From Nitrosopumilaceae archaeon (GTDB lineage: Archaea; Thermoproteota; Nitrososphaeria; Nitrososphaerales; Nitrosopumilaceae): DNA of 64,000 bases. Made by a program: the position numbers and the translations under genes. Below the pieces are notes generated by a model. It was not told where the DNA came from. It was given only the letters and a program-made list of their open reading frames with translations, and did no database searches. This document shows, piece by piece, positions 10,158 through 19,933 of the stretch; the stretch's first letter is position 1, and every line of letters begins with the position of its first letter. The stretch spans positions 352,001 to 416,000 of the forward strand of contig OZ242376.1 of NCBI GenBank assembly GCA_965209085.1. Direction: 5' to 3'.

Positions 10158-10219
10158 TGCAGTCAGATACCCCAGGCGTACTTCATCATAGGATCATAGA
10201 GCCTGCTCATCACTCTGCA
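10158..10219 (-). ncRNA. Box C/D guide sRNA
   Basis: Minus strand reads TGCAG-A-GTGATGA(C)-GCAGGCTCT-ATGA(D')-TCCT-ATGATGA(C')-AGTACGCCTGGGGTAT-CTGA(D)-CTGCA: 5-bp terminal stem, four boxes, TATA-like TTTATTTT about 20-27 nt upstream. Confidence 0.82.
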
Positions 10220-10297
10220 GACTGTCCATACGGTGCCAAAATAAAGACCTGTTGGCCTGTCCGATCTTTTTTATGCCCAACAAAACAACCTATAGGT

Positions 10298-11614
10298 ATG
10301 CTGGATATGATACTGCAGGCTGGACAAATCCAAGATTCTCTTGCCACCGGCGTTGAAAACGTCATAGATCAGATAACTCCGCAACTGCCGCATACGACGT
10401 TTGTTACAGACCTTGCAATAATCATGATAATAGGATCGATAATTACGCTGGCATTCTTCAAGATACGGCAGCCGCTCATCATTGGATATCTTTTTGCCGG
10501 CATGCTGATAGGGCCGCTCTCCCCCCTGTGGTCGAGCATACTTCCAAAAGGCGGATCTAATGCGACAAACGGAGTTGGAATTTTATCAGATGTTGGCGCA
10601 CTGAATCTTTTTGCCGAGATTGGCGTGATACTGCTCTTGTTTGTAATTGGTATTGAATTTCCCTACTCGCGCATACGATCCATCGGCAAGGTCGTGGTCG
10701 GCATGGGGAGCATCGGACTCTTTGCCACACTGGGAGCGGTATTTTTTGCGGCAAGCGCGCTTGGAATGGAGTTTATGGACGCGCTCTTTATTGCAGCGGC
10801 ACTCTCAATCAGCAGTACTGCGGTAATTGTAAAAATACTTACCGACCTTGGCCGGATTAAAAAACAATCCTCGATACTTGTACTTGGAATACTAATCGTA
10901 GAGGATGTCATCGCCGTAATTCTCATATCAACACTACAGTCCGTGGCGCTTGTAGGTTCAGTCTCGCCTGAATCAATAATTGCCGTCATACTAGTTGCCG
11001 CCGGTCTGATTATAGGCACGTTTACTGTTGGAACGCGCCTGATTCCGCCCCTGATAGACAAGGTGGCAGCCACCGAGCACCGCGAGATACTTCTGTTAAG
11101 CGTGCTTGGAGTGTGCTTTGGATATGCACTGCTTGCAAACATTGTGGGACTCTCTGTTGCAATAGGAGCTTTTCTTGCCGGCGTTCTTGTGGCCGAATCC
11201 AAATCCTCAGAGGTCTCAAAGATGCTCTCCAGTCCGATAAAGGACATGTTTGTGGCCATCTTTTTCATCTCTGTTGGAGCTTTGATGGACATTGGGGAAA
11301 TTCAAAACTATATCCTGATTGCACTTGCAGTTATTGCAGTGGCCACGGTGACAAAATTTGCCGGCAGCTTTTTGAGCGGCATTGCGCTGAGGGTCTCAAA
11401 AAAAAATGCGGCACGCTCTGCATTTTCACTTGCCTCGCCAAGGGGGGAATTTTCAATCGTCATAGTAAAAGTAGGGGTGGATTTGGGCGTTGTCAGCAGC
11501 TATCTGTTCCCACTGATTGGAGTCATAACAATCATCACCACGTTTTTGACGCCACTTTTGATAAGACTCGGGGATTCGGCAGTCGGACGGCTGGAGTCAA
11601 AAAATGCCCCATAA
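10298..11614 (+). CDS. Cation:proton antiporter (CPA2/KefB-like)
   Basis: Multi-TM; AEIGVILLLFVIGIEF, SISSTAV, LIVED, GAFLAG, PRGEFS. Start moved to ATG 10298 (TATA-like about 25 nt upstream; the longer ORF overlaps the sRNA). Confidence 0.9.
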   Translation: MLDMILQAGQIQDSLATGVENVIDQITPQLPHTTFVTDLAIIMIIGSIITLAFFKIRQPLIIGYLFAGMLIGPLSPLWSSILPKGGSNATNGVGILSDVGALNLFAEIGVILLLFVIGIEFPYSRIRSIGKVVVGMGSIGLFATLGAVFFAASALGMEFMDALFIAAALSISSTAVIVKILTDLGRIKKQSSILVLGILIVEDVIAVILISTLQSVALVGSVSPESIIAVILVAAGLIIGTFTVGTRLIPPLIDKVAATEHREILLLSVLGVCFGYALLANIVGLSVAIGAFLAGVLVAESKSSEVSKMLSSPIKDMFVAIFFISVGALMDIGEIQNYILIALAVIAVATVTKFAGSFLSGIALRVSKKNAARSAFSLASPRGEFSIVIVKVGVDLGVVSSYLFPLIGVITIITTFLTPLLIRLGDSAVGRLESKNAP

Positions 11615-12035
11615 TCTTGGCACTCCGCACGGCGAGGATTTAAAATCACTCAATGCAAGGGCGCACGGAGATCTTGAAAAAATCACCGACAGCCAAACAA
11701 ACTATCCGTGCATAATTACCGACAATGAGACTTTTGCACGGCTTGCCGGCTCGTACGGGACAGGACCGCTTGCCGTTAACGTTGACCTTGAAATACTGCG
11801 CGATGGAACAGGAAACGTCTTTGTGGACGTAAAGTTTTCAGCCAAGGACATGCGCGAATCATTCCTGATTGACGCATCAAAGCATGATTGGTTTTTTCAG
11901 ACGCTTGCTGAATCCTCCGTGGTGGGAGTTGCGCCAAAAAGCGCCGACGGGCGCATGTTTGCAGTACAGCTTCCAAAACCTCAGGCTGCAAGGGACGCGC
12001 TTGAAAAAATACGCGAGAGTCTTGGAAAAAATTAG
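11604..12035 (+). CDS. Hypothetical protein
   Basis: 143-aa ORF coupled to the antiporter; start uncertain. Confidence 0.65.
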   Translation: MPHNLGTPHGEDLKSLNARAHGDLEKITDSQTNYPCIITDNETFARLAGSYGTGPLAVNVDLEILRDGTGNVFVDVKFSAKDMRESFLIDASKHDWFFQTLAESSVVGVAPKSADGRMFAVQLPKPQAARDALEKIRESLGKN

Positions 12036-12042
12036 TTTAAAA

Positions 12043-12119
12043 TGGTGCAGTTGCCGGGATTCGAACCCGGGTCACCAACTTGGCAAGCTGGAATAATAAC
12101 CAAACTATACTACAACTGC
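12043..12119 (-). tRNA. tRNA-Gly(GCC)
   Basis: GCAGTTG acceptor stem, CCAGC-TTGCCAA-GTTGG anticodon arm, GTTCGAATC T loop, encoded CCA. Confidence 0.96.
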
Positions 12120-12191
12120 ACGGAATGAAATATCGTTAATGTCTATAAAAGCCTAGTGTGTTCTCATGCTGCAAACATTTGCCCATACGGT

Positions 12192-15100
12192 TTATTCGTT
12201 TCTAAGATATGCGGGAAGTTTCTCAAAGGCGCGCTGATATTCCTGACGGAGTATGTCATCAAAACCGTCATTGTTGCGTCCCGGTCCGTGAAATACCCTT
12301 TCTCTGTCATCATGCGGAATCTGATATTCCTGAAAAGTAATCTGCTTTAACATGTTATCCTGCATGCTCCATTTGTATCCGTATTCATCCACCCAAAGTC
12401 CCTGCAACCGATCGGTCTGAATCAGGTATATGTTACCGGTTTTTACCGGATGGTATGTTGTATGTGATGCGCTAATTGCAATGAATGGGCGGTCGTTCTG
12501 GGATATTCCGTCCACCCGTATGCCATCATTAAAGTAAAATTGGTACGCCTGATTATCCCAGTCTACCGGTTTTACTGCCATGGTGTTGTATAGCGGCGCT
12601 TCCCTGTACGAATATTGCAGATTGACAAAGAGACATTCTGGTCCGCCGTTGGAGCATGAAACCTGTGATATTTCTGCTGAAATATGCGAATTTTCCAGCA
12701 GATTCAACTCATCATTAATGATGAGATCTTTTACAACCAATACGTCTTTTTCCATCCACACCTCTATGATTACCTCTGCATCATGATACAGACCTATGTC
12801 CGGTACGCCTAGTGCAAACTCGACGCGTTTTACACCCTGTGGACCTGCACCATCGTAGATCTTTATTTTTATCGAATTAATGTCTCCTACATTTGTACTG
12901 ATTAGCGGAAATTCCGTGTGGTATCTGCCTACATTTACGCCAAGTCCGTTGTAATCAAAACCGTTTGTTACAATCTGTTCTCCGGCGCCGGTTTTGCCCA
13001 GTGTCGGTGCGCCTGAACTGCTGGTTTGTTTGGACGATGAGCTTGCCCTGTCTAGTATTGCTTGAGATAAATGTGCAAACCACAGCGTATATGTTGATTC
13101 TGTTGGATTCCATACGTACATTGAATTATTGTAGTTTTTGTTTGCGGTTAGTATGGAAAATGCGTGGGATGCATTATCAACGATTCCATTGTATTGTAAT
13201 ATTTTTGATATCTCACCCTCGGAATTATTCCTAAACAAAGGCGTGTCTCTGATGGATGCATTGTAAAAAACAATTTTTATGGCGTGATCGCCCACCTCAT
13301 ATCTTACGTGTTCATTGCCAATTTCAATTACCAGGTAGTATTTTGGATCTTCTATTTCACGTACGACAAAACTGACATGGTCGGCATGTGATGCATTTGA
13401 TCTTACAATGGTGTCTTTTTTAATTTCTACAAACGCTCTGGAGTTTGGAATAAATCCCAAATCTGATGGATATTTTGACGTATGTATGCCTGCATTTTCA
13501 TCTGTAATATCAGAATTATTCAATATGGTATGCGATGACATTAACGTAAGCACGTTGTCGTTAGTGATGTTTGAAACTCTTACTCTGATATTTTTTTCAT
13601 GCTGTAAAGTAAATGATTTGTTATGATTAGACGTGGTTAATGCCGCAGAACCGTCGGATTCTGTGACCGTGACGATCCTCTCTGCACTGCTACCCCTGTT
13701 TCCGGCATCATCATCATCTGCAACATATGTGACAAAGTAAACGCCCGGAGCACTGGTGTTGACGTTGTTTTTTGTTGTAATTGTGCCATTATATCTTGGA
13801 TCGTTGTCTGTAACTTTAGCTCCACTGTCTGTATAATTTTCACCATTGGAAATGATGTGGGGGTTTTTACCAAGTATGAGCAGCTTTGGATGCAAAGTGT
13901 CCACGAATATGTTTGATGAATTTAGATCGTTTTGTGTAACGGCAAGAATGCCTCTCCCAAATTCAGTTTCGTTTGAAACCGACATTGAAAATATTGCATA
14001 ACCGTGATCATTGGCAGTTACATTTGTTTCAAACGTGGCAGTATTATTGTATATGAGAACCGGAACAACTCTGCCAAAGATCTGTGCTTTAGCTTCGGTC
14101 AACGGGCGATCCGTGACCAACGTTACATTCAGAACATCGTTACGTTTTGCATATTCTGTATTGCCGTTGTCGCTTGATATGGTCATTTCTAACATAACAG
14201 GACCTGGAATGTTTGTTGTGCTTATCGTGGTAACTGCCAAAATATCTAACACACTATTATTATTGTACGATAATGGTAGTGAATGATCATAATATCTTAC
14301 CGTTATCGTATCCTCAAATGATACAAGTAACATATGTCCGTTTGATCTGCCATTTATTGTAAAGTCTACCGTTCCTTCGAATACACCGGTATCATTTCTA
14401 GTTTCAATTAGGTTTAATGTTATTCCTCCAGGATCGGAATCTGACCAGACATCCACACTGACGTTTTCTACAATGCTGTTGTTTGTATTTAGATCCGGAT
14501 CGATTATTCGTACTAGGCCATTTTCAATTGCGGTATAACCTGACGATCCCCACGTGGCGATTCCGATTGTTTTTGTTGGGTTATCTAAATTGTTGTTTGA
14601 AAAGTTTGCAGGTTTTACAATCACGGTACCAGATTGCCACGGATGAACTATACAAAAATAGTCAAAAGTTTTGATTTCCGTAAATGTATGACTGAATTTT
14701 ACACCGGGGGATATTATTGAAGAGTCAAATTCGCCACCAGGACCGTTAAATGCAGATCCACTTGTCACAGTATGTACGGCAGTATCGTCATTTGTCCATG
14801 TTACGGTTCCGCCTGTTGAGATATTGACATGTGCGGGTATGAAACACGTATCATTTGTTTCACAACCTTGAATACTAGATCCTGAGGGTATGCTGACATT
14901 TACAAATCTTGGATAAGATACGTGTATACTTGCATTAAATACGTGTATACTCGCATTAAATATTATTGATGCGGATTTATTCATACCGTTATAATACGCA
15001 TCAATGGTATACGTGCCAGATTCTGCCCATAAATAATCTACACTAGGTTTGATGTTTATGACATTTTGCATATCTGATATGGGAATAAATTGTCCAACAT

Positions 15101-16067
15101 GTATTAATTGATTAGTAGGATTTGTAATTTTATACGTTACGGCAACATCATATAATGTGGGAAAATGATTGGATGACGAATTTATAGAAATTATTGTGGT
15201 TACTGATTCTCCTAATATGTAATAGTTTTTTATCGTACGCATGGTGATTAATTCATCAACTGTTGGCCGTACAAACATACTAGCATTATATGTGATGAGT
15301 GCTGAGATATGATTTCCTCCATGAGTAACAGTGATGGTATATGTGCCTGATTTATCCCACTTGCTGCTGTCTGTATTAATTACTTCAATTTTTGTAGTAT
15401 TTGTTACATAACCTAAATATTTAAAATAAGTAACATTGTGATAGGGATCTGTGATTGTATATACCAAGGCGGCACTAGTAGAAGAACTTGTAGTAATCGT
15501 CACAATTATTTTTTCACCTGACGTGTAATTATTTTTTAATGTGGACACAGTTACTGTTGGTTTGAATGCCTGATAACTTGAATTAAACATAATTGACGTT
15601 GAGGTTTGACTGCCGTTATAATCAATAATAATGCCATACGTGCCTGATTGTTTCCATAGATAAGCATCATCAGTATTGATTGATAGATTGGTTGAAACAT
15701 TCGACATGTGATTGATTTGTCCAACATCAATAAAATTGCCATCGGGATTTGTAATTCTGTATATCATATCAGTATCGGAAGATGAAGAATTTACAGTAAC
15801 TAGAGCAATTATGGTCTCACCAGATGTGTAATTATTTTTCAAAGGTTTGATATCTATGGTAGTTATTTGTGTAAAATTTGCAGTCTGTGCATACGCGTTT
15901 ATCATTGAATTTCCTATCCTGTGATTAAATTCTCTTTGAAAATCTATTGGACCGTATTTGACATCTGCCGTATCATTGTTTACTGCAAAATCATAACCGA
16001 ACGGAGCTACAAACGGCAGCGGAGACAATAATCCTAAAACCATGAAAAGTATTACATACATATTCAT
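12192..16067 (-). CDS. Large modular surface protein: three Ig-like repeats, cupredoxin (type 1 Cu) domain, DUF5011-like Ig domain, thaumarchaeal C-terminal domain
   Basis: Signal peptide; three KNNYTSGE-like repeats; CFIP...GGTVTWTNDDTAVHTVTSG...FDS...YFCIVHPWQSG; YTDSGAKVTD...VNTSAPGVYFVTYVADDDAGN. Confidence 0.85.
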   Translation of the reverse strand: MNMYVILFMVLGLLSPLPFVAPFGYDFAVNNDTADVKYGPIDFQREFNHRIGNSMINAYAQTANFTQITTIDIKPLKNNYTSGETIIALVTVNSSSSDTDMIYRITNPDGNFIDVGQINHMSNVSTNLSINTDDAYLWKQSGTYGIIIDYNGSQTSTSIMFNSSYQAFKPTVTVSTLKNNYTSGEKIIVTITTSSSTSAALVYTITDPYHNVTYFKYLGYVTNTTKIEVINTDSSKWDKSGTYTITVTHGGNHISALITYNASMFVRPTVDELITMRTIKNYYILGESVTTIISINSSSNHFPTLYDVAVTYKITNPTNQLIHVGQFIPISDMQNVINIKPSVDYLWAESGTYTIDAYYNGMNKSASIIFNASIHVFNASIHVSYPRFVNVSIPSGSSIQGCETNDTCFIPAHVNISTGGTVTWTNDDTAVHTVTSGSAFNGPGGEFDSSIISPGVKFSHTFTEIKTFDYFCIVHPWQSGTVIVKPANFSNNNLDNPTKTIGIATWGSSGYTAIENGLVRIIDPDLNTNNSIVENVSVDVWSDSDPGGITLNLIETRNDTGVFEGTVDFTINGRSNGHMLLVSFEDTITVRYYDHSLPLSYNNNSVLDILAVTTISTTNIPGPVMLEMTISSDNGNTEYAKRNDVLNVTLVTDRPLTEAKAQIFGRVVPVLIYNNTATFETNVTANDHGYAIFSMSVSNETEFGRGILAVTQNDLNSSNIFVDTLHPKLLILGKNPHIISNGENYTDSGAKVTDNDPRYNGTITTKNNVNTSAPGVYFVTYVADDDDAGNRGSSAERIVTVTESDGSAALTTSNHNKSFTLQHEKNIRVRVSNITNDNVLTLMSSHTILNNSDITDENAGIHTSKYPSDLGFIPNSRAFVEIKKDTIVRSNASHADHVSFVVREIEDPKYYLVIEIGNEHVRYEVGDHAIKIVFYNASIRDTPLFRNNSEGEISKILQYNGIVDNASHAFSILTANKNYNNSMYVWNPTESTYTLWFAHLSQAILDRASSSSKQTSSSGAPTLGKTGAGEQIVTNGFDYNGLGVNVGRYHTEFPLISTNVGDINSIKIKIYDGAGPQGVKRVEFALGVPDIGLYHDAEVIIEVWMEKDVLVVKDLIINDELNLLENSHISAEISQVSCSNGGPECLFVNLQYSYREAPLYNTMAVKPVDWDNQAYQFYFNDGIRVDGISQNDRPFIAISASHTTYHPVKTGNIYLIQTDRLQGLWVDEYGYKWSMQDNMLKQITFQEYQIPHDDRERVFHGPGRNNDGFDDILRQEYQRAFEKLPAYLRNE

Positions 16068-16141
16068 ATCGTAAAAGAGATTCCTGTATTTATGTTTTGG
16101 ATGAGATATTCTAAAACTGTTATTTTAATATGATGTCTGCA

Positions 16142-16636
16142 TTATTTCAAAGGAATTACCTTTATGGTCGGGGTGCACGGAAGTTTGACGCATGCACCCT
16201 TTAGGGCTTTTTTTGCATGATCCAGATATTCCTTTTTGATGTTTACCTCGTATATGCACTGACCGCGTTTCACGCGGGCTGCAAGACTTACCGCCTTGCC
16301 AAAAGCATGTCTCATGCCTTCCTGAAGCCTGTCTGCACCGGCGGTTGCGATCATTTTGTTCTCGCGCAACAATATATGCGGATATATCCGCAGTCTGGAC
16401 TGGTATCCATTTTCTCCCGTAGCTTTTTCTATCGTCTTGTTTGCGGCAAGACGCGCGGATTCTATTGCCATGTGACGAATCTGTACATTTTCATTTACAA
16501 GCAGCTGGACACAATAATCATAGTCGCCTGGTTGGCCACTCTGAAATTTTGCGATCTTTATCTGCGGCTTTCCCTTGATGTATTTTTTTCTCGAGTACGG
16601 CTGACCGTTTCCCCTTCTGTAGTTTGCACCGTGCAT
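16142..16636 (-). CDS. rpl10e: 50S ribosomal protein L10e (uL16)
   Basis: YPHILLRENKMIATAGADRLQEGMRHAFGK. Confidence 0.97.
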   Translation of the reverse strand: MHGANYRRGNGQPYSRKKYIKGKPQIKIAKFQSGQPGDYDYCVQLLVNENVQIRHMAIESARLAANKTIEKATGENGYQSRLRIYPHILLRENKMIATAGADRLQEGMRHAFGKAVSLAARVKRGQCIYEVNIKKEYLDHAKKALKGACVKLPCTPTIKVIPLK

Positions 16637-16779
16637 ATCATACGCACCCTCTGACCCATATTTTAATGGTCAAAGGATAAAAGCCTCATTTGCCAGTATT
16701 TTGAATAAAAAATACAAATTTCACAGCAGCCTGTACGCATTCATGTTGCCTTATATTGAAAAATCATTCCAGCATACCA

Positions 16780-17328
16780 ATGGATGATGAACGCGAAGAG
16801 CCGGCCGTTGCGGCCGTTCTACGGGGAACTGCGGCAGTGATACATGAAAAATCCGCGCAGGATGCACTGCATTCTCGGGGATACGGGGAGGAGGATGGAA
16901 ATAGGTACATTCTTCGTCCATTTGAATCGCTGTACCTGCTGTACAAGAAAAGCCTGATACTGAAAAAAGCCGGCAAACCTGTGGAATTTGACTCGCTGTT
17001 GCGCACATGCATGTCCGAAGACGGGAACGCGTTTACCGACTATCTGATATACCGTGACTTGCGTACACGCGGATACACGGTGCGAAAAGGATTTGGATTT
17101 GGTTCTGACTTTTTGGTATATGAGCGGGGGGATTACGGACAAAAAGGGGCAAAATATTCTGTCTTTGGATTCAGCGAAGGAAGACGGGAAAAAATTTCGG
17201 CAATGCAAAAGAAAATTCGTACAATGTCTCAGATGGGAAAAGAGCCCATCATTGCGGTAATAGAGCGGCGCGGGGAAATCATATATTATAAAGTTTCAAC
17301 GTCAGTCTTTGCACAAAATTCCAAATAA
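16780..17328 (+). CDS. endA: tRNA splicing endonuclease subunit, probably structural (beta) type
   Basis: YLIYRDLRTRGYTVRKGFGFGSDFLVYERG; the catalytic His expected after the Tyr motif is not seen. Confidence 0.85.
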   Translation: MDDEREEPAVAAVLRGTAAVIHEKSAQDALHSRGYGEEDGNRYILRPFESLYLLYKKSLILKKAGKPVEFDSLLRTCMSEDGNAFTDYLIYRDLRTRGYTVRKGFGFGSDFLVYERGDYGQKGAKYSVFGFSEGRREKISAMQKKIRTMSQMGKEPIIAVIERRGEIIYYKVSTSVFAQNSK

Positions 17329-17979
17329 TCATCCAAGATCAATTGCCCATTCGGCAGAATATTTGAGAATATTTTCCCTCTCAGCTTTTACATAATCGTA
17401 CATTTCAAGATTTTTTGTTTTGTTGTCCCAGAGGTTTTCAAAATCGGCAACCTTTGTTTTTGTCCTGCTTGATTCGTTCCACGAGGTGAAAACGTCCACC
17501 GACTCAAAGTCCTGATCCTGCATGTCAAAGGTGTGTGAAGAGGTGCCGGTAAACGTCACCACGTCGCCTAACTTGTCCGTGAATATTCCGATGCGCTCGG
17601 TAAATAATCCTGAAATTTCCTCGTCATTTGGAACTGCAACCTTTACGGCCAGGTGGTTTCCGCGTACGGCCTGCTGCAGTCTGTTAATCTTTGTGTCGCG
17701 TATAAAATCTCCGACAACCTTTGTACCGCTCCCTGAAAATATCTTATTCATCAGGGCAATGTCGGCAGCACCAAATCTGTGCCCTGAAACTATGCGGACT
17801 CTGGTATCAGGATCCTCGCCCATTGCCAAAATTATGGTCGTAAGACTCTTGGCGGATATGCGCTCCACACACCTGCTGTATTCTATACAGTTGGCAAGAC
17901 ACGGGACAAAAAATTCCGATATAATGTCGTCACGGTCTGATCTGTAAATTTCCTTTAGAGGCAAGCTGCGCAGACCCAT
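17329..17979 (-). CDS. Stand-alone PLD-like domain resembling the N-terminus of SF2 restriction/repair helicases, degenerate HxK motif
   Basis: YRSDRDDIISEFFVPCL, GLFTERIGIFTD, VTFTGTS, ESVDVFTSW, FENLWDN; no helicase motifs. Confidence 0.65.
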   Translation of the reverse strand: MGLRSLPLKEIYRSDRDDIISEFFVPCLANCIEYSRCVERISAKSLTTIILAMGEDPDTRVRIVSGHRFGAADIALMNKIFSGSGTKVVGDFIRDTKINRLQQAVRGNHLAVKVAVPNDEEISGLFTERIGIFTDKLGDVVTFTGTSSHTFDMQDQDFESVDVFTSWNESSRTKTKVADFENLWDNKTKNLEMYDYVKAERENILKYSAEWAIDLG

Positions 17980-18091
17980 CGCATAATCAAAGTGCACTCG
18001 TATAATAAAATGTTGCAGATACGGGCATTTTGAATTACCGTAAGAGGTTTTTTTATATCGGTATATATTACTAAATATACATCATACGTGT

Positions 18092-18895
18092 ATGTCAACC
18101 ACATTGAAGGTCATAGTTATCGTGGCTGCGGTTGCCGCACTCTCGGTGGTGGCAGTTTACTCGCTGGATGTCTGGGAATGGGAAAAATTTGCGCAAAATA
18201 ACGAGATTTCAGTCAAACACGCCAAAGATAAAAACGTCTATGCGGCGGAGACGGACAGTGAAAAACCTGGAACAATCTCGGTTACGGGAACTGCCACAGC
18301 CTCGGTGGATCCTGATATTTTCACCGTCAGGCTTGGTGTGCAGACACAGGATAAAAATGCCAGCAAAGCACTCTCGCTAAACTCGCAGACAATGAAAAAT
18401 GTGATCGCCGGCATAATGAATGCTGGAGTTGAGAGAGATGAGATATCTACATCGTCCCTGAACATCCATCCAGTATACGGGGATTATGATCGGGATACAA
18501 ACACCTCGCCGATAGTCGGTTTTAGGGCCGAAAACATCGTATCGGTTAAAACAACAAAACTTGATTCTGCTGCATCAATCATTGACGGCGCATCAGAGGC
18601 TGGAGCAAACCGCATCGAAGGACTGTACTTTACACTCTCTGCGGAGCTGCGTAAAGAGACGGAAAATTCGCTTTTACAGGATGCGGTCCGAGATGCCAAA
18701 AAACATGCAAACGATGCCCTAGAACCGCTGGACAAATCCGTATCAGACGTAAAGACTGTAAATCTCTCACCCGTACGTTACGGCGGATACGACGTACAGT
18801 ATTCGGCAAAAGCGGAATCATTTTCATTGGCACCGATATTTTCATCATCTGAGGATGTAACGGTAAGCGTTCACGTGATATTTACAATTCAATAG
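18092..18895 (+). CDS. SIMPL (DUF541) domain protein
   Basis: N-terminal anchor; TISVTGTATASVDPD, GANRIEGLYFTLS. Confidence 0.9.
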   Translation: MSTTLKVIVIVAAVAALSVVAVYSLDVWEWEKFAQNNEISVKHAKDKNVYAAETDSEKPGTISVTGTATASVDPDIFTVRLGVQTQDKNASKALSLNSQTMKNVIAGIMNAGVERDEISTSSLNIHPVYGDYDRDTNTSPIVGFRAENIVSVKTTKLDSAASIIDGASEAGANRIEGLYFTLSAELRKETENSLLQDAVRDAKKHANDALEPLDKSVSDVKTVNLSPVRYGGYDVQYSAKAESFSLAPIFSSSEDVTVSVHVIFTIQ

Positions 18896-18971
18896 TGCTC
18901 CCGCCGGGATTTGAACCCGGGATCACTGCCTTGAGAGGGCAGTATGCTTAGCCGGACTACACCACAGGAGC
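18896..18971 (-). tRNA. tRNA-Glu(CTC)
   Basis: GCTCCTG acceptor stem, CTGCC-CTCTCAA-GGCAG anticodon arm, GTTCAAATC T loop. Confidence 0.96.
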
Positions 18972-19005
18972 CTCTAGTGTAATAAACGAATGTAGCAATT
19001 TAAAT

Positions 19006-19566
19006 CTAGTTTGAAAATTTTCTAATGCCACGTTTGCGCATCTTTTTTGATTCTTCCACCACTGCGTCATGACGGCTGTTTTTAAATTTTACAAGCTTTG
19101 CGGCAATGTCGGAAAATTCATTCGCAAGTATCTTTGCAGCGTATATTCCTGCGTTTTCAGCTTTGTTTATGCCGACACACGCAACAGGGGATCCGGTGGG
19201 CATTTCGGATATGGATACCAAAGAGTCAAGGCCGCCAAACGCGGAGAACTTGTGTTTCTCTCCCTGTTTGTCATTGTACACCATTATTGGAACGCCAATT
19301 ACCGGCATGTTCGCATATGATGCAATCATTCCGGGAAGGTGTGCTGCCCCTCCAGCTCCTGCTATTATTACGCGAAATTTTGATTTTTTTGCATGCTTTG
19401 CATACTCTTCAAGTCTTGTGGGCGTTCTGTGCGCGGAAACTATCTGATCCTCATGCTTTATGCCAAACTTGTCCAAAACTTCGGCAACCTTTACCATTAT
19501 TCTAGCATCGGAACTAGAACCCATGACAATTCCGACAAGCGGGGATTTTTTATAGCTCATTTTCAT
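19006..19566 (-). CDS. purE: N5-CAIR mutase
   Basis: VGIVMGSSSD, VSAHRTP, IIAGAGGAAHLPGMIA. Confidence 0.96.
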   Translation of the reverse strand: MKMSYKKSPLVGIVMGSSSDARIMVKVAEVLDKFGIKHEDQIVSAHRTPTRLEEYAKHAKKSKFRVIIAGAGGAAHLPGMIASYANMPVIGVPIMVYNDKQGEKHKFSAFGGLDSLVSISEMPTGSPVACVGINKAENAGIYAAKILANEFSDIAAKLVKFKNSRHDAVVEESKKMRKRGIRKFSN

Positions 19567-19620
19567 TTAAAACAAGAACGTGGGTATTTTTATCTATTGC
19601 CGTTTTACACCTAAATACTC

Positions 19621-19872
19621 ATGAGTGGGAAACCCCGTATGCCAGAATGGACGGGAAGACCGGTAGTAATGAACATCAAAGCGGGGGATAGTATAGCGTA
19701 CTGTATGTGCGGACTCTCAAAGAACGGTCCAGTATGTGACGGCACCCACAAGGGTACTTCAATAAAGCCCCAGGTGGAAAAATATGACGCTGATGCGCGC
19801 ATATCCTCATGCGGATGCAAACGATCCAAAGCAGTACCGATGTGCGATGGCACGCACAAAGAACCCGAATAA
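19621..19872 (+). CDS. CDGSH iron-sulfur protein with two domains
   Basis: CMCGLSKNGPVCDGTH and CGCKRSKAVPMCDGTH. Confidence 0.92.
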   Translation: MSGKPRMPEWTGRPVVMNIKAGDSIAYCMCGLSKNGPVCDGTHKGTSIKPQVEKYDADARISSCGCKRSKAVPMCDGTHKEPE

Positions 19873-19933
19873 GTCTGCGTACGGTTTGTTAAATTATGCA
19901 GGTTTAAGAAATGCCACAGATACTGTGGATGTG

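Noticed and set aside
10157-10297. N-terminal extension of the antiporter ORF
   Set aside because: Overlaps the C/D sRNA and lies upstream of the likely TATA box.
12043-16141. tRNA-Gly-anchored genomic island
   Set aside because: The large gene lies 5' of the tRNA, and no duplicated tRNA 3' end or integrase was found.
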